NCBI RefSeq assembly: GCF_041248615.1
Contig: NZ_CP158426.1
Strand: one strand, 5' to 3'
Source: Escherichia coli
GTDB taxonomy: Bacteria > Pseudomonadota > Gammaproteobacteria > Enterobacterales > Enterobacteriaceae
DNA: 64,000 nt
In this document: positions 41,265 through 57,300 of the stretch, piece after piece
How positions within the stretch are numbered: position 1 is the first letter of the stretch
Layout: each line of letters starts with the position of its first letter
Made by a program: the position numbers and the translations under genes
Notes under the pieces: generated by a model
Told to the model about the DNA's origin: nothing
The model's input: the letters and a program-made list of their open reading frames with translations, nothing else
Database searches by the model: none

Positions 41265-42491
41265 TTACTTCCGTTGCGCCGTCAACTCGGCAATACGGAC
41301 GATCACCTGCACCGCTTTTTCCATACCTTCCAGAGTCACAAACTCATGCTTACCATGATAGTTGTAACCGCCAGTGAACAGGTTCGGGCACGGTAATCCC
41401 ATAAACGACAACTGCGCGCCGTCGGTACCGCCGCGGATCGGTTTCAGTTCCGGTTCAATATCGCAGTCACGCATCGCCTGCTGGGCGATATCGAGAATAT
41501 GCGGATGCTCAACCACTTTCTCGCGCATATTGTAGTAACTGTCTTCAATCACCAGTTCAATGTAGCAATCAGGGTGTAACCCTTTGCCCACTTTTTTGGC
41601 GATCTCCATCATTTTGCGTTTACGCGCTTCAAACTGCTTACGATCAAAATCACGAATGATGTAGTGCATATCGGCCCGTTCAACGGTGCCTTTCATGCTC
41701 GCCAGGTGATAGAAACCTTCATAGCCTTCTGTCATTTCCGGGCTTTCATCCGCCGGAACTTCCGCATGAATACGTGCCGCCAGCGACAGCGCATTTACCA
41801 TCACTCCTTTCGCCGTGCCCGGGTGAACATTGTTACCGACAATTTTGATATTGACCGACGCGGCGTTGAAGTTTTCAAACTCCAGTTCGCCTACGCCACC
41901 ACCATCAACGGTGTAAGCCCAGCGGGCATCGAAGGCGTCAACATCAAAATGTTTCGCCCCTTTGCCCACTTCTTCATCCGGGGTAAAGGCGACGCGAATA
42001 TCACCATGCGGAATGTTTTTCTGTTGCAATACCGCCAGCGCGGTCATGATTTCTGCAATACCTGCTTTGTCATCGGCACCTAACAAGGTTTTACCATCGG
42101 TGGTAATCAGCGTCTGACCCAGTAGCTGATGCAGCACCGGGAACATAACCGGTGATAAAACTTCATCGCCGATACCCAGCGCAATATCGCCACCGCGATA
42201 GTTTTCAACAATTTGCGGATTCACATTTTTGCCGCTGCAATCCGGTGAGGTATCCACATGAGAAATAAAGCCAATCGCCGGGATATCGCCAGGGACGTTA
42301 GCCGGTAACGTCGCCATCAAAGTGCCCTTCTCACTTAAGGTCACATTGATAAGCCCCATCTCTTCGAGCTGCTCTTTCAGCAGATGCAATAACTTCCATT
42401 GGCCTTCCGTGCTGGGAACCTGTCTCACCCCTGCCTTTGATTGGGTATCCAGAGACACGTAGTTCAAAAATCGCTCAAGTAGTTTATCCAT
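41265..42491 (-). CDS. pepT: peptidase T (tripeptide aminopeptidase)
   Basis: ORF 41265-42533; start [21 protein letters not shown] at 42491 gives 408 aa. Confidence 0.9.
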   Translation of the reverse strand: MDKLLERFLNYVSLDTQSKAGVRQVPSTEGQWKLLHLLKEQLEEMGLINVTLSEKGTLMATLPANVPGDIPAIGFISHVDTSPDCSGKNVNPQIVENYRGGDIALGIGDEVLSPVMFPVLHQLLGQTLITTDGKTLLGADDKAGIAEIMTALAVLQQKNIPHGDIRVAFTPDEEVGKGAKHFDVDAFDARWAYTVDGGGVGELEFENFNAASVNIKIVGNNVHPGTAKGVMVNALSLAARIHAEVPADESPEMTEGYEGFYHLASMKGTVERADMHYIIRDFDRKQFEARKRKMMEIAKKVGKGLHPDCYIELVIEDSYYNMREKVVEHPHILDIAQQAMRDCDIEPELKPIRGGTDGAQLSFMGLPCPNLFTGGYNYHGKHEFVTLEGMEKAVQVIVRIAELTAQRK

Positions 42492-42740
42492 GTAGTCACC
42501 CTCACTTTTTGTGACAACATTATTAAGAAGCAAGAAAAGACAAATATTGCGTCAGGTCACTTTTACCCCTGCAAGCGGGAATATTTATCAGCATTACCTT
42601 AATGAATATAAAGCTAAGCCAGTAATTCACAACAAAGATTGGCGATTCAAGCGGTTTGCCGTAGAATTACCGCCCTCATTAAGAGTCACCAAGGTGGTTA
42701 ACCACAAACCCCGCATCGGTAAGCCATCCGTTGCGTTTAC

Positions 42741-43877
42741 ATGGGACAGAGTAAAAAATTGAATAAACAACCGAGTTCGCTTTCACCGCTGGTGCAATTG
42801 GCGGGAATTCGCAAATGCTTTGATGGTAAAGAGGTCATTCCCCAGCTGGATCTGACTATCAACAATGGCGAGTTCCTCACGCTGCTTGGCCCTTCTGGCT
42901 GCGGTAAAACAACCGTTCTTCGCCTGATTGCAGGTCTGGAAACTGTTGATTCCGGACGCATCATGCTGGATAACGAGGACATCACCCACGTTCCGGCGGA
43001 AAACCGCTATGTGAACACTGTTTTCCAAAGCTACGCACTTTTCCCCCACATGACCGTGTTCGAAAATGTGGCCTTTGGGTTGCGCATGCAAAAAACCCCC
43101 GCTGCTGAAATTACGCCCCGCGTGATGGAAGCCCTGCGGATGGTGCAGCTGGAAACCTTCGCTCAACGCAAACCGCATCAGCTCTCTGGTGGTCAACAGC
43201 AACGCGTCGCCATTGCCCGCGCGGTGGTTAACAAGCCTCGTCTGTTGTTGCTGGATGAGTCGCTCTCAGCGCTGGATTACAAACTGCGCAAGCAAATGCA
43301 GAACGAGCTGAAAGCGTTACAGCGTAAGCTTGGCATTACATTCGTCTTCGTGACTCACGACCAGGAAGAAGCACTCACCATGTCGGACAGGATTGTGGTG
43401 ATGCGCGATGGTCGCATTGAGCAAGACGGCACGCCGCGTGAAATCTATGAAGAGCCGAAAAACCTGTTTGTTGCTGGGTTTATTGGCGAAATCAATATGT
43501 TTAACGCCACTGTCATCGAACGTCTCGACGAGCAGCGCGTACGCGCCAACGTTGAAGGCCGCGAATGTAATATCTACGTTAACTTCGCCGTTGAACCGGG
43601 GCAAAAACTGCATGTTCTGCTGCGCCCGGAAGACTTACGTGTTGAAGAGATTAACGACGACAACCACGCTGAAGGGCTGATTGGTTACGTTCGCGAGCGT
43701 AACTACAAAGGCATGACGCTGGAGTCGGTTGTTGAACTGGAAAATGGCAAGATGGTGATGGTCAGCGAATTCTTCAATGAAGACGATCCTGACTTTGACC
43801 ACTCTCTCGACCAAAAAATGGCCATTAATTGGGTAGAAAGCTGGGAGGTCGTACTGGCTGATGAAGAACACAAGTAA
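42741..43877 (+). CDS. potA: spermidine/putrescine ABC transporter ATP-binding protein
   Basis: 378-aa ORF; Walker [10 protein letters not shown], signature LSGGQQQR. Confidence 0.95.
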
Positions 43878-43890
43878 GTTCCAGAATGTA

Positions 43891-44718
43891 GTGATTGTCA
43901 CTATTGTCGGTTGGCTTGTGTTGTTTGTCTTTCTGCCCAACCTGATGATCATTGGCACCAGCTTTTTGACCCGCGACGACGCCAGTTTCGTCAAAATGGT
44001 CTTTACGCTGGATAACTACACGCGTCTGCTCGATCCGCTCTATTTTGAAGTGCTATTGCACTCGCTGAATATGGCGCTGATCGCCACCCTCGCCTGCCTG
44101 GTGCTGGGCTATCCGTTTGCCTGGTTTCTGGCGAAGCTGCCACACAAGGTGCGTCCGCTGCTGCTGTTTCTGCTGATTGTTCCATTCTGGACCAACTCAT
44201 TGATTCGTATCTACGGGCTGAAAATTTTCCTCAGCACCAAAGGCTATCTCAACGAGTTTTTGCTCTGGCTGGGCGTTATTGATACACCAATTCGCATCAT
44301 GTTCACGCCCAGTGCGGTGATTATCGGTCTGGTTTACATTCTGCTACCGTTTATGGTGATGCCGCTGTACTCCAGTATCGAAAAACTGGATAAGCCGTTG
44401 CTTGAGGCGGCGCGCGATCTCGGTGCCAGCAAGTTACAGACTTTTATCCGCATCATTATTCCACTGACGATGCCAGGAATTATTGCCGGATGTCTGCTGG
44501 TGATGCTGCCAGCGATGGGCCTGTTCTATGTGTCCGATCTGATGGGCGGTGCGAAAAACCTGCTGATCGGTAACGTCATCAAAGTACAGTTCCTCAATAT
44601 TCGTGACTGGCCGTTTGGTGCAGCCACCAGCATTACGCTGACTATCGTAATGGGCCTGATGTTGCTGGTTTACTGGCGCGCTTCTCGTCTGCTGAACAAA
44701 AAGGTGGAACTCGAATGA
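43891..44718 (+). CDS. potB: spermidine/putrescine ABC transporter permease
   Basis: ORF 43861-44718; GTG start at 43891 gives 275 aa. Confidence 0.9.
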   Translation: MIVTIVGWLVLFVFLPNLMIIGTSFLTRDDASFVKMVFTLDNYTRLLDPLYFEVLLHSLNMALIATLACLVLGYPFAWFLAKLPHKVRPLLLFLLIVPFWTNSLIRIYGLKIFLSTKGYLNEFLLWLGVIDTPIRIMFTPSAVIIGLVYILLPFMVMPLYSSIEKLDKPLLEAARDLGASKLQTFIRIIIPLTMPGIIAGCLLVMLPAMGLFYVSDLMGGAKNLLIGNVIKVQFLNIRDWPFGAATSITLTIVMGLMLLVYWRASRLLNKKVELE

Positions 44719-45509
44719 TCGGTCGACTGCTTCGCGGCGGTTTTATGACCGCTATCTACGCGTACCTGTATATCCCAATCATTATTTTGATTGTGAACTC
44801 CTTTAACAGCTCGCGCTTTGGCATCAACTGGCAGGGTTTTACCACCAAATGGTATAGCCTGCTGATGAACAACGACAGCCTGTTACAGGCAGCGCAGCAT
44901 TCACTAACAATGGCGGTGTTTTCGGCGACGTTTGCTACGCTTATCGGTTCACTGACGGCAGTTGCGCTGTACCGTTATCGCTTTCGTGGTAAGCCGTTCG
45001 TTAGCGGAATGCTGTTTGTGGTGATGATGTCACCAGATATCGTGATGGCGATTTCGCTGCTGGTGCTGTTTATGCTGCTGGGTATTCAGCTTGGCTTCTG
45101 GTCGCTGCTGTTCTCGCATATCACCTTCTGCCTGCCATTTGTGGTGGTGACAGTGTATTCGCGCCTGAAAGGTTTTGACGTGCGAATGCTGGAAGCGGCG
45201 AAAGATCTCGGTGCCAGCGAATTTACCATTCTGCGAAAAATCATTCTGCCACTGGCAATGCCAGCGGTAGCGGCGGGCTGGGTGTTAAGCTTTACCCTGT
45301 CGATGGACGATGTAGTAGTTTCTTCGTTCGTCACCGGACCAAGCTATGAAATTCTGCCGTTAAAAATTTATTCGATGGTCAAAGTCGGCGTATCGCCGGA
45401 AGTTAACGCGCTGGCAACCATATTACTGGTGCTGTCGCTGGTGATGGTAATTGCCAGCCAGCTTATTGCTCGTGATAAAACGAAAGGTAACACAGGGGAC
45501 GTTAAATGA
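44715..45509 (+). CDS. potC: spermidine/putrescine ABC transporter permease
   Basis: 264-aa ORF. Confidence 0.95.
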   Translation: MIGRLLRGGFMTAIYAYLYIPIIILIVNSFNSSRFGINWQGFTTKWYSLLMNNDSLLQAAQHSLTMAVFSATFATLIGSLTAVALYRYRFRGKPFVSGMLFVVMMSPDIVMAISLLVLFMLLGIQLGFWSLLFSHITFCLPFVVVTVYSRLKGFDVRMLEAAKDLGASEFTILRKIILPLAMPAVAAGWVLSFTLSMDDVVVSSFVTGPSYEILPLKIYSMVKVGVSPEVNALATILLVLSLVMVIASQLIARDKTKGNTGDVK

Positions 45510-46552
45510 AAAAATGGTCACGCCACCTGCTCGCGGCGGGTGCTCTGGCACTGGGCATGAGCGCCGCTCACGCCGATGACAACAATACGCTGTATTTCTA
45601 CAACTGGACCGAGTACGTGCCGCCAGGACTGCTTGAACAGTTCACCAAAGAAACCGGTATTAAGGTTATCTATTCGACTTACGAGTCGAACGAAACCATG
45701 TACGCGAAGCTGAAAACGTACAAAGACGGTGCCTATGACCTGGTGGTTCCTTCAACCTATTACGTCGATAAAATGCGTAAAGAAGGGATGATCCAGAAGA
45801 TCGACAAGTCGAAGTTAAGCAATTTCAGCAACCTCGATCCAGACATGCTCAACAAGCCGTTTGACCCGAATAACGACTATTCCATTCCGTATATCTGGGG
45901 TGCGACGGCGATTGGCGTTAACGGTGATGCGGTAGATCCGAAATCCGTTACCAGCTGGGCCGATCTGTGGAAGCCTGAGTACAAAGGCAGCCTGCTGCTG
46001 ACCGACGATGCCCGTGAAGTGTTCCAGATGGCGCTGCGCAAACTGGGCTACTCCGGTAACACTACCGATCCGAAAGAGATTGAAGCTGCATATAACGAGC
46101 TAAAAAAACTGATGCCAAACGTAGCAGCGTTTAACTCCGATAACCCGGCTAACCCGTACATGGAAGGCGAAGTTAACCTCGGCATGATCTGGAACGGTTC
46201 TGCTTTCGTTGCACGCCAGGCGGGTACGCCTATTGACGTGGTGTGGCCGAAAGAAGGCGGCATTTTCTGGATGGACAGCCTGGCGATCCCGGCAAATGCC
46301 AAAAACAAAGAAGGCGCGCTGAAATTGATCAACTTCCTGCTGCGCCCGGATGTGGCAAAACAGGTTGCTGAAACTATCGGTTATCCAACGCCAAACCTTG
46401 CGGCGCGTAAGCTGTTAAGTCCGGAAGTGGCGAACGATAAAACGCTCTACCCGGATGCTGAAACCATTAAAAATGGTGAATGGCAGAATGACGTTGGCGC
46501 AGCCAGCAGCATTTATGAAGAGTATTATCAGAAGCTGAAAGCAGGACGTTAA
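45506..46552 (+). CDS. potD: spermidine/putrescine-binding periplasmic protein
   Basis: 348-aa ORF with signal peptide. Confidence 0.95.
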   Translation: MKKWSRHLLAAGALALGMSAAHADDNNTLYFYNWTEYVPPGLLEQFTKETGIKVIYSTYESNETMYAKLKTYKDGAYDLVVPSTYYVDKMRKEGMIQKIDKSKLSNFSNLDPDMLNKPFDPNNDYSIPYIWGATAIGVNGDAVDPKSVTSWADLWKPEYKGSLLLTDDAREVFQMALRKLGYSGNTTDPKEIEAAYNELKKLMPNVAAFNSDNPANPYMEGEVNLGMIWNGSAFVARQAGTPIDVVWPKEGGIFWMDSLAIPANAKNKEGALKLINFLLRPDVAKQVAETIGYPTPNLAARKLLSPEVANDKTLYPDAETIKNGEWQNDVGAASSIYEEYYQKLKAGR

Positions 46553-46559
46553 TTCAGCA

Positions 46560-46590
46560 AGCGGGCGGTGGTATTACCGCCCGTTTTTTA
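46560..46590 (+). terminator. potD intrinsic terminator
   Basis: stem GCGGGCGGT/ACCGCCCG followed by TTTTTTATTT. Confidence 0.6.
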
Positions 46591-46609
46591 TTTAGCAAGG
46601 ATGTGGCTA

Positions 46610-47071
46610 ATGAGTCAGGACAGTAGAGTTTTCTTTCGTATATTCCTCGGTATCGGTCTGGTACTGATCCTCATTTCTGTTGTTGTCTTTTATAACCAGT
46701 TCACCTATAGCAAAGACGCGATTCATACTGAAGGCGTCATTGTTGATACCGTCTGGCACTCCAGTCATTCTCATCGCACGGGTAAAAATGGTTCGTGGTA
46801 TCCCGTCGTTGCCTTTCGACCGACGTCTGATTACACGCTAATTTTCAATTCGAGTATCGGCAGCGATTTTTATGAAGACAGCGAAGGCGATAAAGTTAAT
46901 GTTTATTATTCTCCAGGGCATCCTGAAAAGGCTGAGATAAATAACCCGTGGGTTAATTTTTTTAAATGGGGGTTTATCGGCATTATGGGCGTTATTTTTA
47001 TCGCCGTCGGTTTATTAATCAGTATGCCCTCCTCTAAAAAGTCACGCAGGAAACGGAAGTCCCGTCCATGA
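46610..47071 (+). CDS. ymfA: inner-membrane protein YmfA
   Basis: ORF 46568-47071; start [14 protein letters not shown] at 46610 gives 153 aa; conserved neighbourhood. Confidence 0.8.
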   Translation: MSQDSRVFFRIFLGIGLVLILISVVVFYNQFTYSKDAIHTEGVIVDTVWHSSHSHRTGKNGSWYPVVAFRPTSDYTLIFNSSIGSDFYEDSEGDKVNVYYSPGHPEKAEINNPWVNFFKWGFIGIMGVIFIAVGLLISMPSSKKSRRKRKSRP

Positions 47072-47853
47072 AAAAAATCATAATACTGCTCAGTTTACTG
47101 ATACTGCTGCCTCTGACAGCAACCAGTAAGCCCTTAATCCCAATAATGAAGACACTTTTTACGGATGTTACAGGTACTGTACCGGATGCTGAGGAGATTG
47201 CGCGGAAAGCGGAGCTTTTTCGTCAACAAACCGGGATTGCGCCGTTTATCGTGGTTGTACCTGACGTTAATGAAGCAAGCTTCAGGCAAAATGGCAAAGC
47301 GATGCTGGCGCATGCGTCATCTTCATTGAGTGATGTAAAAGGCAGCGTCCTGTTACTTTTTACCACCCGCGAGCCACGGTTAATTATGATAACCAACGGC
47401 CAGGTTGAAAGCGGTCTGGACGATAAACATCTCGGCCTTCTGGTAGAAAATCACACTCATGCTTATTTACATGCGGACCTCTGGTATCAGGGAATCAATA
47501 ATGCATTGGCTGTTTTACAAGCACAGATATTAAAACAACCGACGCCGCCACTGACATATTATCCGCATCCCGGACAACAGCAGGAGAATGATCCTCCCGG
47601 CAGTACCACGATATTAGGTCTTTTTGCCTGGGCAGTTGCATTCATCTTCTTTACTGCATTTTTTTACTACACGACGCGCCTTAATTATGCATTAAAGTTT
47701 GCAGTGGCGATGACTATTGCCAATATGGGTTATCAGGCTTTATGTTTGTACATCGATAATAGCTTTGCGATTACCAGAATATCGCCGCTCTGGGCAGGGC
47801 TGATTGGTGTCTGTACGTTTATTGCCGCGTTGTTATTGACGAGTAAACGGTAA
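47068..47853 (+). CDS. ycfZ: inner-membrane protein YcfZ
   Basis: 261-aa ORF; conserved neighbourhood. Confidence 0.8.
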   Translation: MKKIIILLSLLILLPLTATSKPLIPIMKTLFTDVTGTVPDAEEIARKAELFRQQTGIAPFIVVVPDVNEASFRQNGKAMLAHASSSLSDVKGSVLLLFTTREPRLIMITNGQVESGLDDKHLGLLVENHTHAYLHADLWYQGINNALAVLQAQILKQPTPPLTYYPHPGQQQENDPPGSTTILGLFAWAVAFIFFTAFFYYTTRLNYALKFAVAMTIANMGYQALCLYIDNSFAITRISPLWAGLIGVCTFIAALLLTSKR

Positions 47854-47869
47854 AAGAGGCAGTAAAGTG

Positions 47870-47990
47870 TGCGTTTATTATGCCGGATGCGGCGCGAACG
47901 CCTTATCTGGCCCACAAAACCCGCAAATTCAATTAATTGCGTCCCCTTGTAGGCCTGATAAGCGTAGCGCATCAGGCAATGCTTCCTGCT
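47870..47990. repeat. REP/BIME palindromic elements
   Basis: GCCGGATGCGGCGCGAACGCCTTATCTGGCC and GTAGGCCTGATAAGCGTAGCGCATCAGGCA motifs. Confidence 0.8.
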
Positions 47991-48812
47991 TTATAAGCCC
48001 TTCAGCAACTTTTCAACAAACTCTGGCACCACCTGGCTTGCCGGGCCGTAATATTTCTCGGCAAATTCATTACCGACCTGGCTTGGTTCAAGATTCAGTT
48101 CCACGGTGTGTGCGCCATGCAGTTTCGCTTCGTGAACAAACCCAGCCGCCGGATAAACATGCCCTGATGTACCAATGGCAATGAAAATATCGGCCATTGA
48201 CAACGCCATATAAATTTCATCCATGCCGAGTGGCATTTCGCCAAACCAAACGACGTGCGGGCGCAAGGGTGCCGGGAACTGGCAACAATGGCATTTATCT
48301 TCTGGCGTAACGTCTCCGGTCCAGTCGAGAACCTGACCACTTTGCGAACAGCGAACTTTCAGCAGTTCCCCATGCATATGAATGACATTGGTATTACCTG
48401 CGCGTTCATGCAGGTTGTCGATATTCTGCGTCACCAGCAAAAAGCGATCGCCGAGGGCGTCTTGCAGTTTAGCCAGCGCAAGATGCGCGGCGTTAGGCTG
48501 AATTTCTGGCTGCTGTAGCTGTCGACGACGGGCGTTATAAAACGCTTGCACCAGTTCAGGATCGCGATCGAAACCTTCCGGCGTTGCCACATCTTCAACC
48601 CGATGTTCTTCCCACAGGCCATCTGCGGCGCGAAAGGTACGAATACCTGATTCCGCAGAAATCCCTGCCCCTGTCAGTACGAGTACTCTTGGTTTTTCCA
48701 TTGCTTCCGGCACCACTTTATCTCTGAAAAAAATACGCTGACGCAAACGCTCGCGCAGACGGCGTTTATTTTTACGAAAACGACTTAACCGATGACCCCG
48801 ACGCGACAGCAC
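47991..48812 (-). CDS. cobB: NAD-dependent protein deacylase (sirtuin) CobB
   Basis: 273-aa ORF with sirtuin motifs ([14 protein letters not shown], CxxC pairs). Confidence 0.9.
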   Translation of the reverse strand: MLSRRGHRLSRFRKNKRRLRERLRQRIFFRDKVVPEAMEKPRVLVLTGAGISAESGIRTFRAADGLWEEHRVEDVATPEGFDRDPELVQAFYNARRRQLQQPEIQPNAAHLALAKLQDALGDRFLLVTQNIDNLHERAGNTNVIHMHGELLKVRCSQSGQVLDWTGDVTPEDKCHCCQFPAPLRPHVVWFGEMPLGMDEIYMALSMADIFIAIGTSGHVYPAAGFVHEAKLHGAHTVELNLEPSQVGNEFAEKYYGPASQVVPEFVEKLLKGL

Positions 48813-48827
48813 AGCAACCTCTGTTGT

Positions 48828-49739
48828 TTAATCGGTTAGATGTAGGAAGGCCGCACCACGCATTCCTCCCGCATCACCGTGGCGCGCGCGTTCAATGCGC
48901 GGAACACGAGCTACAGGTAAGAGATGACGAGGCAGCCTGTCCGCCAGTTGCGTTGTGATTGCCGGGAAATTCGATAAGCCACCACCAATGACGACCAGGT
49001 CAGGGTCAACAATGGTCAGGATATTTCCCAGACAAACCGCTAATAAATCCAGATAACGCTCAACGTGCGCCCTTGCCTGCTCATCACCTTGATCATAAAG
49101 CGCAATAATTTCGGGAGCCTGCAACGGTTGATGATAATAGTGTTGATACAGCCACGCAAAACCGCGACCAGACAGATAATTTTCAATGCAGCCATGCTGA
49201 CCACAGCCGCAGCGGCGTAACGGGAAATCCAGCCCCATCATGGTTAACGCATCAACCGGCAGACGCATATGGCCAAACTCGCCGGTAATATAGCTTTTAC
49301 CGGTAATTGGTTTACCGTTGAAAATCAGCCCGCCGCCAACGCCGGTGCCGAGAATCAACCCCATCACCAGTGGATATTGAGTAAATTCATCATCCCAGGC
49401 TTCTGAAAGGGCAAAACAGTTGGCATCGTTATCAAGGCGGACATCGCGATCAAGACGTGCGCTCAGGTCGGCACGCAGCGGTTTACCGCTGGCAGCGGGG
49501 ACATTGGCGGCATACAGCGTACCATCTTCTGTTTCCGGCATTCCCGGAATACCGATGCCGACAGAGCCTTTACAGCCAAAACGTTGGTCAGCTTCAGCTA
49601 CCAGCTCACACACTGCATCTAAAAATGCGTCATAGCTGTCACGCGGTGTCGGCACCCGCTTTTCCCACTGCAACTGCCGACCGCTATCAAACACGCCAAG
49701 CGCAATTTTTGTTCCACCAATATCAAACCCGTAATACAT
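48828..49739 (-). CDS. nagK: N-acetyl-D-glucosamine kinase
   Basis: ORF 48828-49799; start [15 protein letters not shown] at 49739 gives 303 aa. Confidence 0.9.
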
Positions 49740-49767
49740 TGCCGCTCCTTGTTTTAATGTACTGCCT

Positions 49768-53016
<3,249 letters not shown>

Positions 53017-53165
53017 TCAATCGACTAAAGGGCCTCATTTTCTCATTGGCCTTGTGGCCTGATCTTTATCTGAAAAATAACCAAATACAGACAGATACGC
53101 ATTACACCACGCGACTGGCCCCTCAGGATCAACAGCATGTTAAATAAAAAGAGCGTGTTGTCCTG

Positions 53166-54239
53166 ATGAAACAAAAAGAGCTATGGATTAACCAGATCAA
53201 AGGATTATGTATTTGTCTGGTAGTGATTTATCACTCGGTGATTACCTTTTATCCGCATCTGAGCACTTTTCAGCATCCGTTATCGGAAGTCCTGAGCAAA
53301 TGCTGGATCTATTTCAATCTTTACCTTGCACCCTTTCGTATGCCGGTTTTTTTCTTTATATCCGGCTATTTGATTCGCCGCTATATCGACAGCGTACCGT
53401 GGGGAAATTGTCTCGATAAACGGATCTGGAACATCTTCTGGGTGCTGGCGCTTTGGGGCGTGGTGCAGTGGCTGGCGTTAAGTGCGCTGAACCAGTGGCT
53501 GGCACCTGAGCGCGATTTAAGCAATGCCTCCAATGCCGCGTATGCCGATTCCACCGGTGAGTTCCTGCACGGGATGATCACCGCCAGCACCAGTTTGTGG
53601 TATCTGTATGCGTTAATTGTTTATTTCGTGGTATGTAAAATTTTTAGCCGTCTGGCGCTGCCACTATTCGCCTTGTTTGTACTGATGAGTGTGGCGGTTA
53701 ATTTCGTTCCCACGCCGTGGTGGGGAATGAACAGTGTGATCCGCAATTTGCCTTATTACAGCCTTGGCGCATGGTTTGGCGCAACATTAATGACCTACGT
53801 TAAAGAGGTGCCGTTGCGCCGCCATCTGCTGATGGCTTCTTTGCTGACCGTTCTGGCGGTCGGTGCCTGGTTGTTTACTATCTCGCTGCTGTTGTCGCTG
53901 GTATCGATTGTGGTGATCATGAAGCTGTTTTATCAATACGAGCAACGTTTCGGTATGCGCTCCACCAGCCTGCTGAATGTGATTGGCACCAACACCATTG
54001 CTATCTACACCACCCATCGCATTCTGGTAGAGATATTCAGCTTAACTCTGCTTGCGCCAATGAACGCGGCACGCTGGTCGCCGCAAGTCGAACTGACACT
54101 CCTGATGGTTTACCCCTTTGTCAGTTTGTTCATCTGTACTGTTGCGGGCTTGCTGGTAAGAAAACTTTCACAGCGCGCATTCAGCGATCTGTTGTTCTCC
54201 CCGCCTTCACTGCCCGCTGCCGTCAGTTACTCCCGCTAA
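53166..54239 (+). CDS. ycfT: inner-membrane acyltransferase-3 family protein YcfT
   Basis: 357-aa polytopic ORF; conserved neighbourhood. Confidence 0.8.
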   Translation: MKQKELWINQIKGLCICLVVIYHSVITFYPHLSTFQHPLSEVLSKCWIYFNLYLAPFRMPVFFFISGYLIRRYIDSVPWGNCLDKRIWNIFWVLALWGVVQWLALSALNQWLAPERDLSNASNAAYADSTGEFLHGMITASTSLWYLYALIVYFVVCKIFSRLALPLFALFVLMSVAVNFVPTPWWGMNSVIRNLPYYSLGAWFGATLMTYVKEVPLRRHLLMASLLTVLAVGAWLFTISLLLSLVSIVVIMKLFYQYEQRFGMRSTSLLNVIGTNTIAIYTTHRILVEIFSLTLLAPMNAARWSPQVELTLLMVYPFVSLFICTVAGLLVRKLSQRAFSDLLFSPPSLPAAVSYSR

Positions 54240-54366
54240 GCCATCGCCCCAGCCGGGGCGATTCAATTTGCTAAACCATGTCGATTACGGATAATGAACA
54301 GCATTGCTTATCAGAGATATGCCCCCATATGTTGAGGCATATCCTAACGAGAATCTGACAACCGTT

Positions 54367-57300
54367 ATGCCTGAACAATATCGTTATACGCTGCCCGTCA
54401 AAGCGGGTGAGCAGCGTCTGCTGGGCGAGTTAACCGGCGCTGCCTGCGCGACGCTGGTAGCGGAAATTGCCGAACGTCACGCCGGTCCGGTGGTACTCAT
54501 TGCACCAGATATGCAAAATGCTCTGCGTTTGCATGATGAAATCAGCCAGTTTACCGATCAAATGGTGATGAATCTGGCGGACTGGGAAACTCTTCCCTAC
54601 GACAGTTTTTCGCCTCATCAGGACATTATCTCCTCGCGCCTTTCCACCCTTTACCAGCTACCGACGATGCAGCGTGGCGTACTGATTGTTCCGGTGAATA
54701 CGCTTATGCAGCGCGTTTGCCCGCACAGCTTTCTCCACGGTCATGCGCTGGTGATGAAAAAAGGTCAGCGCCTGTCACGAGATGCATTACGAACCCAACT
54801 GGACAGCGCCGGTTATCGCCATGTTGACCAGGTGATGGAACACGGCGAATACGCCACGCGCGGCGCGTTGCTGGATCTCTTCCCGATGGGGAGTGAGCTG
54901 CCTTACCGTCTTGATTTCTTTGATGATGAAATTGACAGTCTGCGGGTGTTTGACGTCGATAGCCAGCGCACGCTGGAAGAAGTAGAAGCCATCAACCTGT
55001 TGCCCGCGCACGAATTTCCGACCGATAAAGCGGCGATTGAACTGTTCCGCAGCCAGTGGCGCGATACCTTCGAAGTGAAGCGCGACCCGGAACATATTTA
55101 TCAGCAAGTGAGTAAAGGCACATTACCTGCCGGGATCGAGTACTGGCAGCCGCTATTCTTCAGCGAACCGCTGCCGCCACTGTTCAGTTATTTCCCTGCC
55201 AATACGCTGTTGGTGAATACTGGCGATCTGGAAAACAGTGCCGAACGTTTCCAGGCTGACACGCTGGCGCGTTTTGAAAATCGCGGCGTCGATCCGATGC
55301 GTCCACTGTTGCCACCACAATCGCTCTGGCTGCGGGTAGACGAGCTCTTTTCAGAGCTGAAAAACTGGCCGCGTGTGCAGCTAAAAACTGAACATTTACC
55401 GACAAAAGCAGCGAATGCCAATTTAGGTTTTCAGAAGCTGCCAGACCTGGCCGTTCAGGCACAACAAAAAGCGCCGCTGGATGCGCTGCGTAAGTTCCTC
55501 GAGTCTTTCGACGGTCCGGTGGTGTTCTCGGTAGAAAGTGAAGGTCGCCGTGAAGCACTGGGTGAACTGCTCGCGCGAATTAAAATTGCTCCTCAACGCA
55601 TTATGCGTCTTGATGAAGCCAGCGACCGTGGGCGTTATCTGATGATTGGCGCTGCCGAACATGGTTTTGTCGATACGGTACGTAATCTGGCGCTGATCTG
55701 CGAAAGCGATCTGCTCGGTGAACGCGTTGCCCGCCGTCGTCAGGATTCTCGCCGCGCCATCAACCCCGATACACTGATCCGTAACCTCGCGGAGCTGCAT
55801 ATTGGTCAGCCGGTGGTCCATCTGGAGCACGGTGTCGGTCGTTATGCAGGAATGACCACGCTGGAAGCGGGCGGCATTACTGGCGAGTACCTGATGCTCA
55901 CCTATGCCAACGACGCCAAACTGTATGTTCCGGTGTCGTCACTGCATCTGATTAGCCGTTACGCAGGTGGCGCGGAAGAAAACGCCCCGCTGCATAAACT
56001 TGGCGGCGATGCGTGGTCACGCGCGCGGCAGAAAGCGGCGGAAAAAGTGCGTGATGTGGCGGCAGAATTACTGGATATTTACGCGCAACGCGCCGCCAAA
56101 GAGGGCTTCGCGTTTAAACACGATCGCGAGCAGTATCAGTTGTTCTGCGACAGCTTCCCGTTTGAAACCACGCCGGATCAGGCACAGGCCATTAATGCGG
56201 TACTTAGCGACATGTGTCAGCCGCTGGCAATGGATCGTCTGGTGTGCGGCGATGTTGGCTTTGGTAAAACAGAAGTGGCGATGCGCGCCGCTTTCCTAGC
56301 AGTAGATAACCACAAGCAGGTGGCGGTGCTGGTGCCTACCACCCTTCTCGCGCAGCAGCATTACGACAACTTCCGCGACCGTTTCGCCAACTGGCCGGTA
56401 CGTATCGAAATGATCTCCCGTTTCCGCAGCGCCAAAGAGCAGACGCAAATCCTTGCGGAAGTGGCGGAAGGGAAAATCGATATTCTGATCGGTACGCACA
56501 AACTGCTGCAAAGTGACGTCAAGTTTAAAGATTTAGGCCTGCTGATTGTCGATGAAGAACACCGCTTCGGGGTGCGTCATAAAGAGCGCATTAAAGCGAT
56601 GCGCGCGAACGTGGATATTCTGACGCTTACTGCAACGCCGATCCCACGTACGCTGAATATGGCAATGAGCGGAATGCGTGACCTGTCGATTATCGCCACG
56701 CCGCCCGCCCGTCGTCTGGCGGTCAAAACGTTTGTCCGCGAGTATGACAGTCTGGTGGTCCGGGAGGCGATCCTGCGTGAAATTTTGCGCGGAGGACAGG
56801 TTTATTATCTCTACAATGATGTGGAAAACATCCAGAAAGCCGCCGAACGGCTGGCAGAACTGGTACCTGAAGCGCGGATTGCCATCGGTCACGGGCAGAT
56901 GCGTGAGCGCGAACTGGAACGGGTGATGAATGATTTCCATCATCAACGTTTCAACGTGCTGGTTTGTACCACCATTATCGAAACCGGGATCGACATCCCG
57001 ACAGCCAACACCATTATCATTGAACGCGCGGATCACTTCGGTCTGGCGCAGCTGCACCAGTTACGCGGTCGCGTCGGACGTTCGCATCATCAGGCATATG
57101 CATGGTTGCTGACACCGCATCCAAAAGCGATGACTACCGATGCACAAAAACGTCTTGAAGCGATTGCCTCGCTGGAAGATCTCGGGGCAGGTTTTGCGCT
57201 GGCAACGCACGATCTGGAGATTCGCGGCGCGGGTGAACTGCTTGGCGAAGAACAAAGCGGCTCAATGGAAACCATCGGTTTCTCGCTGTATATGGAGTTG